64,000 nucleotides of DNA, taken from positions 287,721-351,720 of the forward strand of contig CM120648.1 of the NCBI GenBank assembly GCA_051362555.1. The letters run 5' to 3'. The notes under the pieces are model-generated. The model saw only the letters and a program-made list of their open reading frames with translations, did not search any database and was not told the origin of the DNA. How positions within the stretch are numbered: the first letter of the stretch is position 1; every line of letters begins with the position of its first letter. Below are positions 1 to 13,200 of the stretch, piece after piece. The translations under genes were made by a program, and so were the position numbers. Origin of the DNA: Lingula anatina (lineage: Eukaryota; Animalia; Brachiopoda).

Positions 1-3
1 CAG

Positions 4-473
4 CCCCTCCTCTCGGTTCCTCGCCTATATCCGGTATACAATGGACTTGGACGAACTCTTGAATGTAATTCAGAATCTAATTTTCATTTTCAGTGCCAAC
101 GACATGCTCATTAAAGCTTTTTTGATTGCAAGATTTTTAGCCAGGTAACGTTTCACTATAACACCCGTATCGACGTGGTCAACGTGTTAAGCATTACGTA
201 CCTGTACTACTGCCTCTTTTTGCTAATTGCTGAGCAGTAGATTTGCTTTTTTTTTCAAATTCAAAAATACATATCTCCGCTAAGGCAAAGTGTTAATAAT
301 AATAATAATAATAATAATGCACCAGATTCAGTCGGGATTTTAATCGTTAATTTCCCAGCTGAACAATTGTGACGTGTATCCTGACATTAGTGAAGAACTT
401 TTTTTTCAGATTAAAAGGCGACGCGAATGAGGACATCCTCCTACCTTGGCAGAGGAAGCTATGGTATGGGTAG
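4..473 (+). CDS. Possible last three coding exons of an unidentified gene (4-33, 94-144, 410-473): ...PSSRFLAYIR/ANDMLIKAFLIARFLAR/LKGDANEDILLPWQRKLWYG*
   Basis: Pyrimidine-rich acceptors at 93 (ttttcattttcag) and 409 (ttttttttcag), donors at 34 (gtatac) and 145 (gtaacg). All junctions are phase 2 and give one open frame ending TAG at 471-473. No recognisable homology. Confidence 0.3.
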
Positions 474-2957
474 GCTCCATCAGAGTACCATTCTGGCCCT
501 GAACAAGATTAAACCAACACATTTTGCATCCGTCAAGTATACAGCAAAAGGCATCGTGCCAGTTGAAGTCAGTAAGCTTAACACGCAACACTGAATCCAC
601 TGAGTCCCTGGAAACGTGCGCCAGAGACCTGGTCTACAACAAGGATAAATACATTATTTGGACTAAGATCTTTATATGTTAGGATAGAGACGTCTAATCA
701 CGTTTCACAAAAAAAATATAAAAGGTCGCTCCCGTCCTTTTTATGTCATTTACAGAAAATTGTCTTAACGCTTTTTTTTTGCTCTGAACGGAGCCATGGG
801 ATATTTTAAATATATTTAATGCACTAACTGTCAAAGAATCATTACTGCTCTTGGAGCAGTATCGCAGGATCGACTTGACGTAGTCGGTTCTATGATTTTA
901 GGATATACTTTTGTGAAACAGGACAGAATACGTTGGCGGGCTTCTATTATATACCATTGCTAATATTGCCAAGTCCAGCTGATGGGAAAAGTTCCATAGT
1001 TATTCTTATTATTTCGTTTAGGTTAGAAAAAAACATTTTGATAAATGGCGAGATAGCGGCTGAGGTTAGAATATATGAAATATACACCAGCATATGTCCA
1101 GGAAATATGTACTGGAAGTTAAAGTATGTATGACCTGCGTTTATATGATCTGTTTTCGTGTCCTAGGTTAATTTATTAAAGATAAATATATACGATGTTC
1201 ATTGGAAATTAATACATTCATGTTTATGCATTTGCGTGTTCACATATTGCAAAAGAGTGATCTCGTTGATATTAACAACAGTGAACTATCTCCATTCTAG
1301 TTCTTTTTTCCTATTTCGTAAAGCTGACCTTTCCGTTGAAAAACTTTAGTTTTCGGTGAATTTTAAATGCATACTGCGCGTTATCACGTCAAACTGAAAC
1401 TGATCAAACGTTTTTGAGAAAATGGTGTTGTAAAAACATTCACTAATTTTTTTTAACGTAGCAAACCCAAACTAAAGATCATTTTACTGTACTAGTAATT
1501 ACCATTAGAAGTGTGTTATGAAACCGTGCACTCTTTGCCGCTCATGGTAATAGGCTAGAAGATACCACTATTGGAGCAACTGTTGAATATGCATTCTCCA
1601 TTACAGAAACATGCATCTCCAGAGACTCAAATATAGACCAACGATACATACAGCTGAGCACAGAAACCAACTAACGGTAACATGGGACGATTAACTGTGC
1701 TTTCCTAACCATTTTAGACCTCAGTTGCTCCTAATTTCTATCAATTACATAGACCTATTGGCACCGACCTTTGTAAACTACATGCATCATTATTGCTGGC
1801 TCAGCTGGGTGGCGGAGTCGTTAATCGGTATCAGATAATGACAAAGAAATGCACGCACTTACTGTATTATATACTCGCAAACGAAATCGACGGGTCACGA
1901 AATTAGAAGAACACCAGACCTTTGCTCTCCGCCGTGTGTGGAGAACTCGCCCTCATTAAATTCAACAGTGCAGCTTGCACAGCGGTCAGTCTTTCAACAG
2001 CTTGCCAGCCAGTATTTTTAAAAGTCTTGACAATATTATCATTAAAAACATGACAGTCCATGTCGGTCAGCTATATCTGACAATGTCAAACTATCTGACC
2101 GATAGTACTCCAAGAGGATAAAAAACCTAAGTACAAAAATAAAACCTTACCTCAAACTACTCCAATTATTGACTAGAACACTGACGCATTGGTCCTGCAC
2201 TGAAGCCCACCAAATTAGTCGTTTTCCATATTAACTTTACACGCAGCTTCCTCATCAGTTAGAAGAGCTACGAAGCAGGCATTTCGCCAACCTTACATAA
2301 GTGAAGTTTGCAACCAAATTACTTTATGAGTAAACTTGTATACAGATATATATCGCGGGACGCTTGGGATCTGGAAAAACATTCATAATTTCATTAAATT
2401 AATTTCAAATAATTTTTTGGCTAATATTCAGTAAAGATTGTTTATTTTTCTCCTTAGTTCTCCACGCTTTTGATTGCCAATAGTAAGATAAGCGATGACA
2501 CAATCAATTTTGGATACGGCATGTCAATAATGGTGTAATCTATGAAGGCGGACAATTCAGCCTTGACCTGGAAATCTGAAAAGCCGTTTAGTGTAGCTGT
2601 TCTTCACTTTTTGGCATCGGTTAAATTTCGCTATGCCAGTTGTAAGCAGGGGAACTTAAGGATCTTGCATTAATGTTATTGGTGCCTAGTTTCTTCTTAC
2701 TTATAGGTAATGGTCGACACGAATGAGGTCCGTAGTCGAAACCCCGACAATGTCACACAATCTGTACAAATACATCTTCAAAATTAAATATTGAAAATAA
2801 TAATGCATATGTTGAACATAGCAAGTGACATCATGTTGCATTGGGAAGACCATCGATGCATATGTTATGTAAAGAAAAGCAAGTGAATAATTTGCTACAA
2901 AAAAATATGGTCATTTTCTCAATCCTCGCTTGCATTTATCCACATCCTAATTTTTCC

Positions 2958-3108
2958 TTCGATCAGCAGCTATTATTGACAGCTAATGTTTTATTTTGAC
3001 GTTTCTCAGAGCATCTTCATCAGGGAATGAGGCTATCCAGGTGAATAGCCTCTATTCAGGAGATTTATTGGAGCTAATATTAGCTGTCCATATTAGTTGT
3101 TGATCGAA
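2958..3108. mobile_element. Foldback element containing a degenerate minimal hammerhead-like motif (Penelope/retrozyme-type relic)
   Basis: Inverted arms ttcgatcagcagctattattgacagctaat / attagctgtccatattagttgttgatcgaa. Inner hairpin gaggctat..atagcctc (3029-3052). Minus strand 3025-2998 reads CCCTGATGAAGATGCTCTGAGAAACGTC. Confidence 0.45.
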
Positions 3109-5067
3109 GATTTTTTATAAATAACACAGCTGATGAAATCCTTCTCTGACAGTTTTCATTATTTACAACTAAGATATGCCAGACAGAAACACTTAATTAA
3201 TGTTAAAATCTTTCATTGAGAGTACTTAGACTTGTCTAGTACCCATAATTAAATATCTAAAATGACTTAATTCGAGGTATATAAATGTATTTGTGTGTTG
3301 GCTGTGCTTAGATTGACACAAAGTATCACTGACTTATACTGGGACGTTATCTCTTACTTTAAGGCTCTGTCGTCAGATATATGAAGTTGATTGGTTTACA
3401 TATGTCACATATATATTTACCCACTCCGTAATTTTCTTTACACAGCCGCTTGATCCGTATACTGAGTAAAGAAATTGACTACGTGGGACACATACACATA
3501 CAGGTTTGGTTGTTTGATCTAACTGAGCTTGGCAGTCGAATAGGAATTAATTATCAGGAGATACCTGTCCGATAATGGTGACTGCATTTATAGTGTTGGT
3601 AAAAAAGTGCACAAGCAATCATAGGTATCTTCATACATTTATATAGGGACAGACACAGACATACTGAGAACGTAGAGAGACAAACACAGAGGCAGACAGA
3701 GAAAATGATAGATAATTTCATCGCACTAAACGCCCTGGATCAAAGTCAGTAGCTAAACAGGCAAAAACATTTATAGAACTCCCTTGCTTTTCCGGCCATT
3801 TCAACCTGCCATAAATCTACGATTGCTGTTTCAAAAGATTATAAACCGAACCTCGCCTACCTGTATTTCTTCTCAGCTGAGGCAGTAAGTCAATCTTGTT
3901 CACTGTACAAGCAAATGCCAACACCGCATTAAAACACAAATCTCGTGCTTCACGCAGATAAATACACTGAATTTCAGAATGCCTTCAAAATAAGCTTCGA
4001 TCCAAAAGCATTGGGGGTTCTCACGATCTCCTTTGTCCCTGAAATATCCAAAGTGTGTTTAGAAAACGTATTCCATCCCTTTCGTATATCTATATGAATC
4101 AGAACAACGCACCATTACATCAATATAAACGTGTGCGTCTTCCCATGCTGATGTCTGGTATTCTTTGAAATGCCGACCATTTAAAATGTCTCTGTAAGTC
4201 GAGACAATTCCAAATGTCCCGCGGTGCTTCTGTTAAGCGATCGGTATTTTATATATCCGAGTCGGAAAGATCCCTTTTATTCACATATATCCACACTACG
4301 GTTCTGTTCTATAGAATAGGCAACAACCTGCGCCTCACTGTGCCGTTAAATTACTGTAGCAGTCTTTCCTGTATGCAATCCAATGGGCACACAAGGAGAG
4401 CGGTTTCGTGTCGCCAGTGTGCTTTCTAATTACGAGGCAATCATCATTTCAAACACGTGCCACGAACACCAGGGTCCGTGGAGACAATGTACGGGGTCGA
4501 TTACTTCCAGACAGAATCGGACGACGACTAACACTGTATGATGAGTATTATAGCATTAGAATTGCCCCCGATATCCCTAGGGTATTATCTGACCATTGGT
4601 GTGACCGTGCACTCTGTGGAAACGCCTCTGAGTCAGGAGGCAGCATGGACGATCTTCTGGCTGGGTAGATACCTACATTGTATCGTGCAACGGAGATAGA
4701 TCTTGTAAATACTAGCAATCAGTAGCTTCCCTGTCCCTGTTAATAACATGTACCATCGACTCATCTTATTGAAATCGCCATGTTTTCAATTGAGAGACAA
4801 CGTGCAAGTCAGTCTAAGCTGAAATTGCAAGCGAAATCGACTTACAACACAGCATATACACTGCATATGATGTGAAATATCCTGAAATACCCTTTTCTCT
4901 CTTCTGTCAGTTGAAATGATAAACCACCGACTGCATTCAAGTCATCTGGTATTTGAGATTAGAGCACGAAGCGTAGGAGGTCGACTTCTACTTCCCTGCA
5001 GCTTATAACTATACCTTGTTGAATCACAGGGAGGCTCACAGTGTATGCACAGAGAGGCTGTGTTTAT

Positions 5068-5350
5068 GGGCTCATTTCTAATGAAACTATAGTTCTAGGT
5101 AGATCGATTCAACTCCACGGGGACTCTCGCTGATCACATTAACATTACATTAATCATTAACTAATTAACACGTCTCCGCTTCTTTCCAAAGTACTCGTAT
5201 ATACCTGTAACCACCAGCTTTTTCTGTATTCTGCTCAACACAAGGAGGAGGGGAGTACATGCAAATATGTTCATCTGGTTGCATTCAGCGGGAGTACCCG
5301 GGGAGTCGGATCGATCTGCGTAAACCGATTGTGTCACTGGAAATGAGCCC
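5068..5350. mobile_element. MITE, PIF/Harbinger-like (family A copy 1)
   Basis: TIR GGGCTCATTTC...GAAATGAGCCC and subterminal inverted blocks gatcgattcaactccacggggactctcgctga / tcagcgggagtacccggggagtcggatcgatc. Related copies at 45.9, 57.7, 61.5 and 63.0 kb. Confidence 0.75.
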
Positions 5351-6534
5351 CCTCAGTCTCCTCAACTTCGTCAACCCCCTCAATCTTGAACAGACACCTC
5401 GCTAGAGGCAGGGAAAGGGGTTTATCATGCCATAATTTTCAGCTGTGCATCAAAATATTTTCTAAAATGCCTAGAAGTGTTCAATATACTGTACTTGCAT
5501 TATATGCATAGACATAGGAATAGAGGGTTAAAGGGAAGAGGCACTTACCCCCCCCCCCCCCCCCCAAAAAAAAGAAAAAAGATTAAAAAATAAATAAATA
5601 AAAAATAACTCAACCACACAAGCCTTATGTGCAAGAAGCAAGGGGCTTTTGGGAATTCGACCGTTGCGCTTTTTATACTTTTTTTTCTGATTTCCACCTA
5701 CACATTTAAAATTTGCTTCTGTGCAAATGCTTCATATTCATTCCGATATTATGTAAAGGCCAACATAAGTTAATATTCAAGACACTAAGATTGAGTTTAT
5801 CCCGTGTTCATCAATATAGACACTTCTTTGGCGGCTAATGTGAGTGGAGAGGTTCAGGAGTTTAGCACTTCACCAACTTCTTTTTATCTCTTTTGTAATT
5901 TCTTTTTTCATGTTGACTAATGACATCGATTTTCAGGCAATATGTACATCCAGGGGTAGGGTGAATACAGAGGCTGAGTCAGGAACATCTTCTTCACATA
6001 AGTGCACTACTGGTGTCAAAGTAAAGTCAAGAGGTTCACAACCAAGTATCTCCCATGTGTGCATCTGGGATATTTTTTCCAATTAGTCGATCTTCTCCAG
6101 CCTCTCGTGTATAACCTACAGGGGAATATTATCTAAACCCCTTAAAGCTCTGCGCTACAAAGATACTGCGTTGGTGGCAGGACAAGTGAAGCCAATGGGT
6201 CACGAACAATTAAGGGCTCTGGTAATTAACCCAGACATATTTTCGATAATTCCGAATGTTTATAAAACCTTGACATATAAATAAACCCATTAACGACCAA
6301 CTCTGCTCACCTTTTTCGAATTATAAAATGACAAAGCCTCCAAAAAGAAACATTCCACTACGGCAGGGCAATGTCAACACATACATTAATCCCTGAATGT
6401 AACAGACGATCCAGGCAATTACGAGTAGTATACTCAGCAATCGGCTTTTGATTTGTGCAGTACATTTAATGGTATTCTGCTCACATAATGGGTCGCCAGG
6501 TATCGATCTCGTCCTCATAACCGGGGTGAGAGTG

Positions 6535-6620
6535 AAGCGGGGCGGAACCACTTGACCTTGACCTCTCTAGTTCGAGGACAGAATCAGAATCCCCGAACTA
6601 GATGCTTAGGTTGACGTCAC
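6535..6620. promoter_or_regulatory. Cluster of TF-site-like motifs: GC box, TGACCTTGACCT nuclear-receptor repeat, CRE
   Basis: GGGGCGG at 6539, TGACCTTGACCT at 6553, TGACGTCA at 6612, within a locally GC/CpG-richer patch. Confidence 0.3.
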
Positions 6621-6647
6621 AACGGCATGTTGTTCGAAGATAAAAGC

Positions 6648-6670
6648 AGGGACTTTTCCTGATAAGGTTT

Positions 6671-6710
<40 letters not shown>

Positions 6711-6976
6711 AGCATAGGAATTGGTTTAAACCTTTTAACAAACCACTTGGTGTGCGCAGTTCAAAATAAAGCCCTATTAATATTCCACTTCTTGAACGAA
6801 GTGCATATTGGGCTAAAACATTGCTACGCAATATATTTTTTGTTATAAATTACGCAAAAAATAAAATTTAACCGGATTTACCGCATTTTATCTTAAGTCA
6901 AAAGATAATGTGGGTCTAAATTTAAACCAATTTTTAAGCTTGAGTTATCAAATTTATTTTGTAAAACTGGGCCCTG
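6648..6976. mobile_element. Degenerate MITE with CAGGG...CCCTG ends and an internal poly(A) run
   Basis: cagggactttt ... aaaactgggccctg ends. Internal inverted aattggtttaaa / tttaaaccaatt. Poly-A at 6671-6708. Confidence 0.35.
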
Positions 6977-7260
6977 CTCCTTGCCTTTGAAATACAGGTA
7001 AATGGTGTATCTTGTGATGACTTAACTTCTGATGTGAATGGTCAATTAAAAACCACTTACTTCAGTGAGCCAATTTACACTGCATTGAAATTGATGTCAG
7101 TCAGATCACGTAGCTAATCTAACTTTACCTTCACCACCACCAGGTTAATTCTAACACAGCTTCATTTCAGATGCATTAAATGCGTCTGCGATTGACTAGA
7201 ATGCTGTAACAGGAATTGATCGGTGAGAGTTGATCCTAATTAAGTGCTGCTACCCTAGCA

Positions 7261-7261
<1 letters not shown>

Positions 7262-7325
<64 letters not shown>
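7262..7325. repeat. (TA)n microsatellite
   Basis: Perfect TA run of about 32 units. Confidence 0.95.
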
Positions 7326-7327
<2 letters not shown>

Positions 7328-8832
7328 TAAATATACAAAGCAGAGAAATAAATCACAATTGACCATCTGATTCCATTAGTGGTTTTAGTAAGGTAAAGTG
7401 AACATCAGATATAAGCATATTTAATCGTGCGTTTTCTTTTTACTGAATCGATGGATTTATTTATTGATTCAATCATTTATGTGCTTATTTATGTGTCTAT
7501 GCAATATCTAACCATTTGGCAGAAAAACAACCGCACAATCCAAAGTATAAACAAAAACAGTCTGTACGTGTGTAGATCTACAAGACTAATTACGGCCGAG
7601 CACAGAGTGAGATCTTCAGCGCACGCCCCCGCACGGCAAAAGTGAAACCCTTCAAAACAAACTCAGAGGTTAATATGCTTTTCTGCAAGCCGTCAAAGGT
7701 CGCGGAAAAATATTTACATACGTCCGTTATTACGCAAATAGGCAGCTGGGTTATTTCTGGGGCGCCGAAATGAAAAATTGGATAAATATTTGGACATCTG
7801 ATACAGTTTTTAGCTAACATAACCAGACGAAGGTTCTCAACTCACACTGAAGGGTACTTGCACAGCTGCAGATACAGATACGGATGTTAGCTCCATTTGA
7901 GATTACTGTAATTCGCTGATGGTGTGACTTGGATAATTTTAAAGGACATACACTGTATAAAGCAATCCTACTAATTAAAATATACTTGGGTACATGTTGA
8001 TTGAGACATTATAATTATGGTTGGATGTTTTTAAAATTCATTTTATTTCAATGTTTTGTCCGGCTTAATTGTCAAATGGCTAATGTTGCCTCAGTGAATC
8101 AGTAAAATTTGGACCATAATCACCATAATCAATTCAGCAATATAAACGTATTACGAGTTATTCATACAATTTTAGATACGAACAAGATAAATGCCCAGTT
8201 TAAACCTTTTGGAGAATAAAATATGATTTTGATATCGATGTTACTATCATATTCACGGTTTAAGAATTGAAGAGCCAGTTTCCACTGTTTATGATTTTCA
8301 GAGCTAGTTGTACAGGCGTAAGAACATACACTGTATCACCGTTTTCATGTACCAAAACATCTCTATTGATTGGTAGGAGTAAAATAATTACTTGACAGTC
8401 AAAGCGTGCTAGCGTGCCTCCATGTCCTATTTCAGAGCACACAATACTGAATATCATGAAATAATCAGTAATACATGTTTTTTATCAAAACAATTAACAG
8501 AACATTATAAAAGGAAACAACGTTGATGATCCATTTCTTATCCCTCTAGCCACAAGACATTGGACTACTTAGTTGCGACTTCGCGTGACTTGGGCAGGCT
8601 CTCAATTTAAGAAAAGAATTGATTTGAAATGTTTACGACTCCAAAGACGATCCATTTTTAACTACTCAACGTCAGTAAAAATATAATTATTATTATTTTA
8701 TAAGTATATATATCCAAACAATTCTGTAATAGATATCACATGTAAAGCAGCAAGAGGGTTGATGAAATACTAATATTACTAATATTAAGAATTAACGAAA
8801 GATACAAGTAAACCTACTAGGTAAAAAGAAAT

Positions 8833-8874
8833 TGCGCGTGCGCACATACACATACACGCGCGCGCGCGCGCGCG
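8833..8874. repeat. Alternating purine-pyrimidine tract ending in a (CG)n run
   Basis: tgcgcgtgcgcacatacacatacacgcgcgcgcgcgcgcgcg. Confidence 0.85.
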
Positions 8875-8949
8875 GTCAGGCCATGCGATAAGGGCCGTTT
8901 TAAAATTCGGTATCAGAATTACGTAATGACTCCATTTCTTCAATTATAC

Positions 8950-10213
8950 CAAATGAAAAAAAATTTTTCACAAACGCCTCAATCCAATGCAGTAATTGGG
9001 TTGCCCGAGAGACACATTATTCTATCGATTATTTACAACACCCAAATATCCCCATCCCATACGAGGTAAAAAAAAAAGATTAAACTAAATGAGATGAATT
9101 CAGATATTTGTACGAAAATAGCGGATATATATCAAAAGCAAGGTCGCATACGAGTTACTTTGGGAGATATCTACGACATCATACGTGGGCGGCGAAACGT
9201 GTCTGCAATTGCTACAGGTGAGAAATTTTAAATAAAGACATAGTTGTTTCGATTGTATTAAATGATTTTCTCAAATTCTCATATAAATTCCACAAATCGA
9301 AGTTTTTCAATTGTATTATCTAATTCAATACATAGATAATTTGATTACACTCTTATTAAAAAAATAACTTGATTTTGACTTTGCTCCAAATTATTTCGCC
9401 AAAGAAAGCCCAGTATGACTTATTATCCATCGTTGTCTATGTGTCATGTTGTTTGACAGATGCAGGGACATAAAGTTATTTTTGATTGTCAAAAAATACT
9501 TTTCTTTGCACTTTTTTCCTTGTACTTTCCACTGGATTGTAGGGAAATGGAAGTAGACAACCAACCCTCTTCTTTTTGTTTGAAAAAGGGGCTTTTGAGA
9601 AAATACATTAATAGAGCCGGAGCATACTGGCAGTAAAAAGGTGTTGAACGTGCATTATATATATGTAACGATCTACGTAAAAAGCTAGGAAGAATTAAGG
9701 GTAAATGTGACGTGAAATGTTGCAAGGTCTTAAATTACTGAGGTCACGACGGGACAAGACAATTCAACTGCGATGTTGTTTGATTAATGCACTTGCTAAA
9801 CAAAGGAATACTCGTTACTAACCATTTTTAAAATCATTGTTTGACGTCATTAGAACAACAAGAAAAAAGTTTATTTTAGAATATTTAAGATATACAAGTA
9901 GAAGCACAATCCATGTATCAGTCTCAAACCAAATTACACTTCTGTATTCTTATGCCCTTTAGAAGAAACCAGTTTTCAACCTATAGATCTAGCCTAAAGT
10001 AGCCAGTTTCATTTTAAATACATGTATGTAATGAATATTTTAAAAACATGTATGCAGTGAATGTTAATTAAGAGAGATAAAGCCTATTATTCTTTAAAAA
10101 GTCATCTCATTTGAGATTTCTTATGTATATTGTTTTATAATGTCCTTAAATATAACCGAAGAAAACGTGATTATTCCATTTCGTATAAATAATCAGCAGG
10201 ATAATTCATATTT
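8950..10213. repeat. 3' flank of ACS copy 1, segmental duplicate of 17338-18539 (3' flank of copy 3)
   Basis: Shared blocks such as gcccgagagacacattat.ctatcgattatttacaacacc and ggcggcgaaacgtg.ctgcaattgctacaggtgagaaa, with indels between the two copies. Confidence 0.85.
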
Positions 10214-13200
10214 TCAACACCCATATGTTTCAACTGCCATCTTTGTAAGATCACGTCGGCTCGTTTTACCATTATATGTTTTAGGAAAATCCTGGAAGGA
10301 GATGAAATACTTGGGAGAAAGAGAAAGGCCATCCGGACCTGGCGGAAACTGATCCAACGTCCATTCCTTAATGGTAGCCAGGCGTTCCTCGGAGGATCCA
10401 GGACTGTGGGTGAGGATGACGCATGCGCACAGCTCCTGGGTGAATCTCTCATCAGGAATTCCTACCACAACAACCTGATCCACATCTGGGTGTTTGGAGA
10501 TCACCATCTCTACTTCAACGGGATAAATTAGCACCGCAGCCCTCGTGATGGCGTCTGACATCCTTGCAACAAAACTGATGCAGCCGTCATCGTTCATGGT
10601 GACGAGGTCGCCGGTCTTCAACCAATGCTGAGGAGTAATGACAGCCATGGTTCCCTCTTCGTTATTAAGGTACCTGTCAAATAACTGTGGTCCTCGTAGA
10701 AGAAGCTCCCCGACCGTGTTTTTCTTCACCATTCGACCGTCGATGTCTATAACTTTCGCTTCAATGTTTGGCAGAAAGTCCAGACAGTTGAAGTTGACGT
10801 CGTCTGTGTCTGCGGCGGAGGAATATCTCTGGTGGGCGAAGGGGGAAAACTCCGTGCAGCCGTACCCCTGACTCAAGAGCACGCTGGGAAATTTCCTCAG
10901 GAACTTCGACGCCATTTCTTTGACCAATGGTTGTCCACCTGTGAACGTATACTTCAGAAATGAGAGTCCATCGTGTGGTATAGTATTGGCGTGTATCATG
11001 TCGGACATGATGTAAGGCATAAGGAAGGCGTGTGTGCATCTCTCTTCGTGAAGAATCTTCTTTATCGTGGTGACGTCTCCTTTACGGACCGAAATCTCAG
11101 AGTCTAACGAAACCAGTGTAGAGCCAGAAAACGGAATCAAATACGTGCCCAAAATCGAGCCAATGGCCCATGAAAACGGTCGATCGCTAAAATATCGTGC
11201 TCCATCGATGTTAAGCAGGAAGAAATATGCAGCTCGGAGAGAGTTGGTGATCTGAAAGTGATTGAACTGGACGACTTTTGGCTTGCCTGTACTACCCGAA
11301 GTCATTAATGCAAGCAAGGGATCTTCCATTTGAACCGCGCTCTGAACTTCAAACACGGTGTGTATTTCTTCTGCACTGGCCAATTCATTGCGTTGGACCA
11401 GGTCTTCGTAAGAAAGGTTACCTTCGGTAGCTTTGAATCCGGCGCATATTGCGAGGGGAGGATCGGTGCTGCCATCTCTTGGAGTTTTCTTCCATTCCTG
11501 TACGATACTTTTACCGTATAGGGCAGAGGAGCCGAAAGCGCAAACGATGACGGCAGAACAACACGTGGCTTTGGCCATTTCAACTGCATCAGTTGCCGGG
11601 GAACCGAATTTTTGGAATATAAGACAAACACCGATTCTCGCGCACGCCATTTCGATGACGATGTATTCCAAACAATTTGGCGCAATCAGCAGAATACGTT
11701 CTCTTAACTTTACTCCTCTCCTTATAAGACCTGGAATTCATTCATTAATATTGATTTAATATGGAAGAATGAAAAAACTCACTAAAAACGCTTCTTATGA
11801 AAGCCAAAAACACACAAAAATGTACTGTACGTGATTTCCCTTTTTAATTTAAGGTGTTCTAACATTAAAATGTTTGCAACCCACTTTATAGCGAATTAAT
11901 ATACCGGGATACCTGTAACATCAACGTAAATAAAATTACTTAAATAAATAGATCAGCAAATGGATAAATAATATCTAACTCATCCAATACCTGCAGCAAA
12001 TTGCACGGACTGGTCTTGTAATTGTCTGAACGTGAAGAAGGACCTCTCTCCATCTAATGTATAATAGACCGCCGCCTCTTGATCTGGATGCTGTTCGACC
12101 TTCTCATCCAGGTAATCCGGTATAATACGAGTGTCCTGGGGCATGGTAGGCGGCTTGTAGACGTAGCTAAGGTTCATCTTTCGGTCAGCTGTGTTGAAAC
12201 ATAGGAAGTATGTTAATGTTGATCACCGCGTTGTCTTGACTGTTCGTGTCTCTTTTCAAATTACAACCGTTACAGTAACAAGCACCTGTACCAGCATGTT
12301 CGTGTTATTTGAGACTCCTTTTTGAATGTTTTCATTTGACTCATTGTCTAATTATTATAGTCAATATTTGATTTCTAAAGACAGCATAAGTTACATTTGC
12401 CTGGTGGCATGCAACAAAAAAGGCTCTGAATTTCATCAAACATCAGAATTATCATTTTTGCTATACGGTATAAGGCTAACTACGGTTTTTCTTTGTTGCT
12501 ATTTCCGTTTATTCAAAGACCTTGGTGCTGCAAAGATACACAAAGTGATGAGAGAAGAATCAACGTCATCTATAATCTATAATCTTATTCACAGTTATGA
12601 TGTCTGACTATATGATAACTATAATAATAATAAGAAGAAGAATAGATTTATCAAAACTTACGACCACGTTCCTGCAAAGTTATATGCAGTGATGAGAGAT
12701 GAAGAATGACAGTAAGGGCTGCCACATTATTGATATACGAAGAAAGGCGGGAAAGATAACCAGTGAGAATGAGAAAGTAATATGACGCCCACGTGACAAA
12801 ACAAAAGACAAACACTAGTGATCCCAAAATATCCATACGGCTACATTTATCATTTGTGTATATTTTGCATTATTTATATAGTTTTTTTATTTTTTATTAT
12901 TTTCATTTGTTTAACTAGCCTAATATGTTCCTTTAGGAAGTAAAATTTCATGGTTAATATATTTCCCCTTCCACAAAAAATAAAGTTAAATAAATAAATA
13001 GCCGATTGAATGAATTAATGAATAAAATATAAACAAAGCGGTATATAAAGCTGTTAATTACCCTGTCACCCACATATTACGTTAAGCCAGCTGCAACAAG
13101 ATTTGACCTACATTTACAATTTGGAAAAAAAAGGATAGTGAACCAACAATGGCTCTTTTCATCCTCGCATAGCTTCTCCTCCACATTGTTAATGGCGATC

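Noticed and set aside
4408-4700. GC-richer patch with short ORFs
   Set aside because: No homology or consistent exon chain could be built.
10214-10225. C-terminal Cys as a prenylation signal
   Set aside because: It is not CaaX, CC or CxC, and it is absent in copy 3.
12395-12410. ATGCCACCAGGCAAAT|gtaact as the first exon of copies 1 and 2 (also at about 16057-16073)
   Set aside because: It is frame-compatible but has a weak donor. The METSL/METPL exons have better donors and resemble the copy-3 exon. It is not fully excluded as a minor start.
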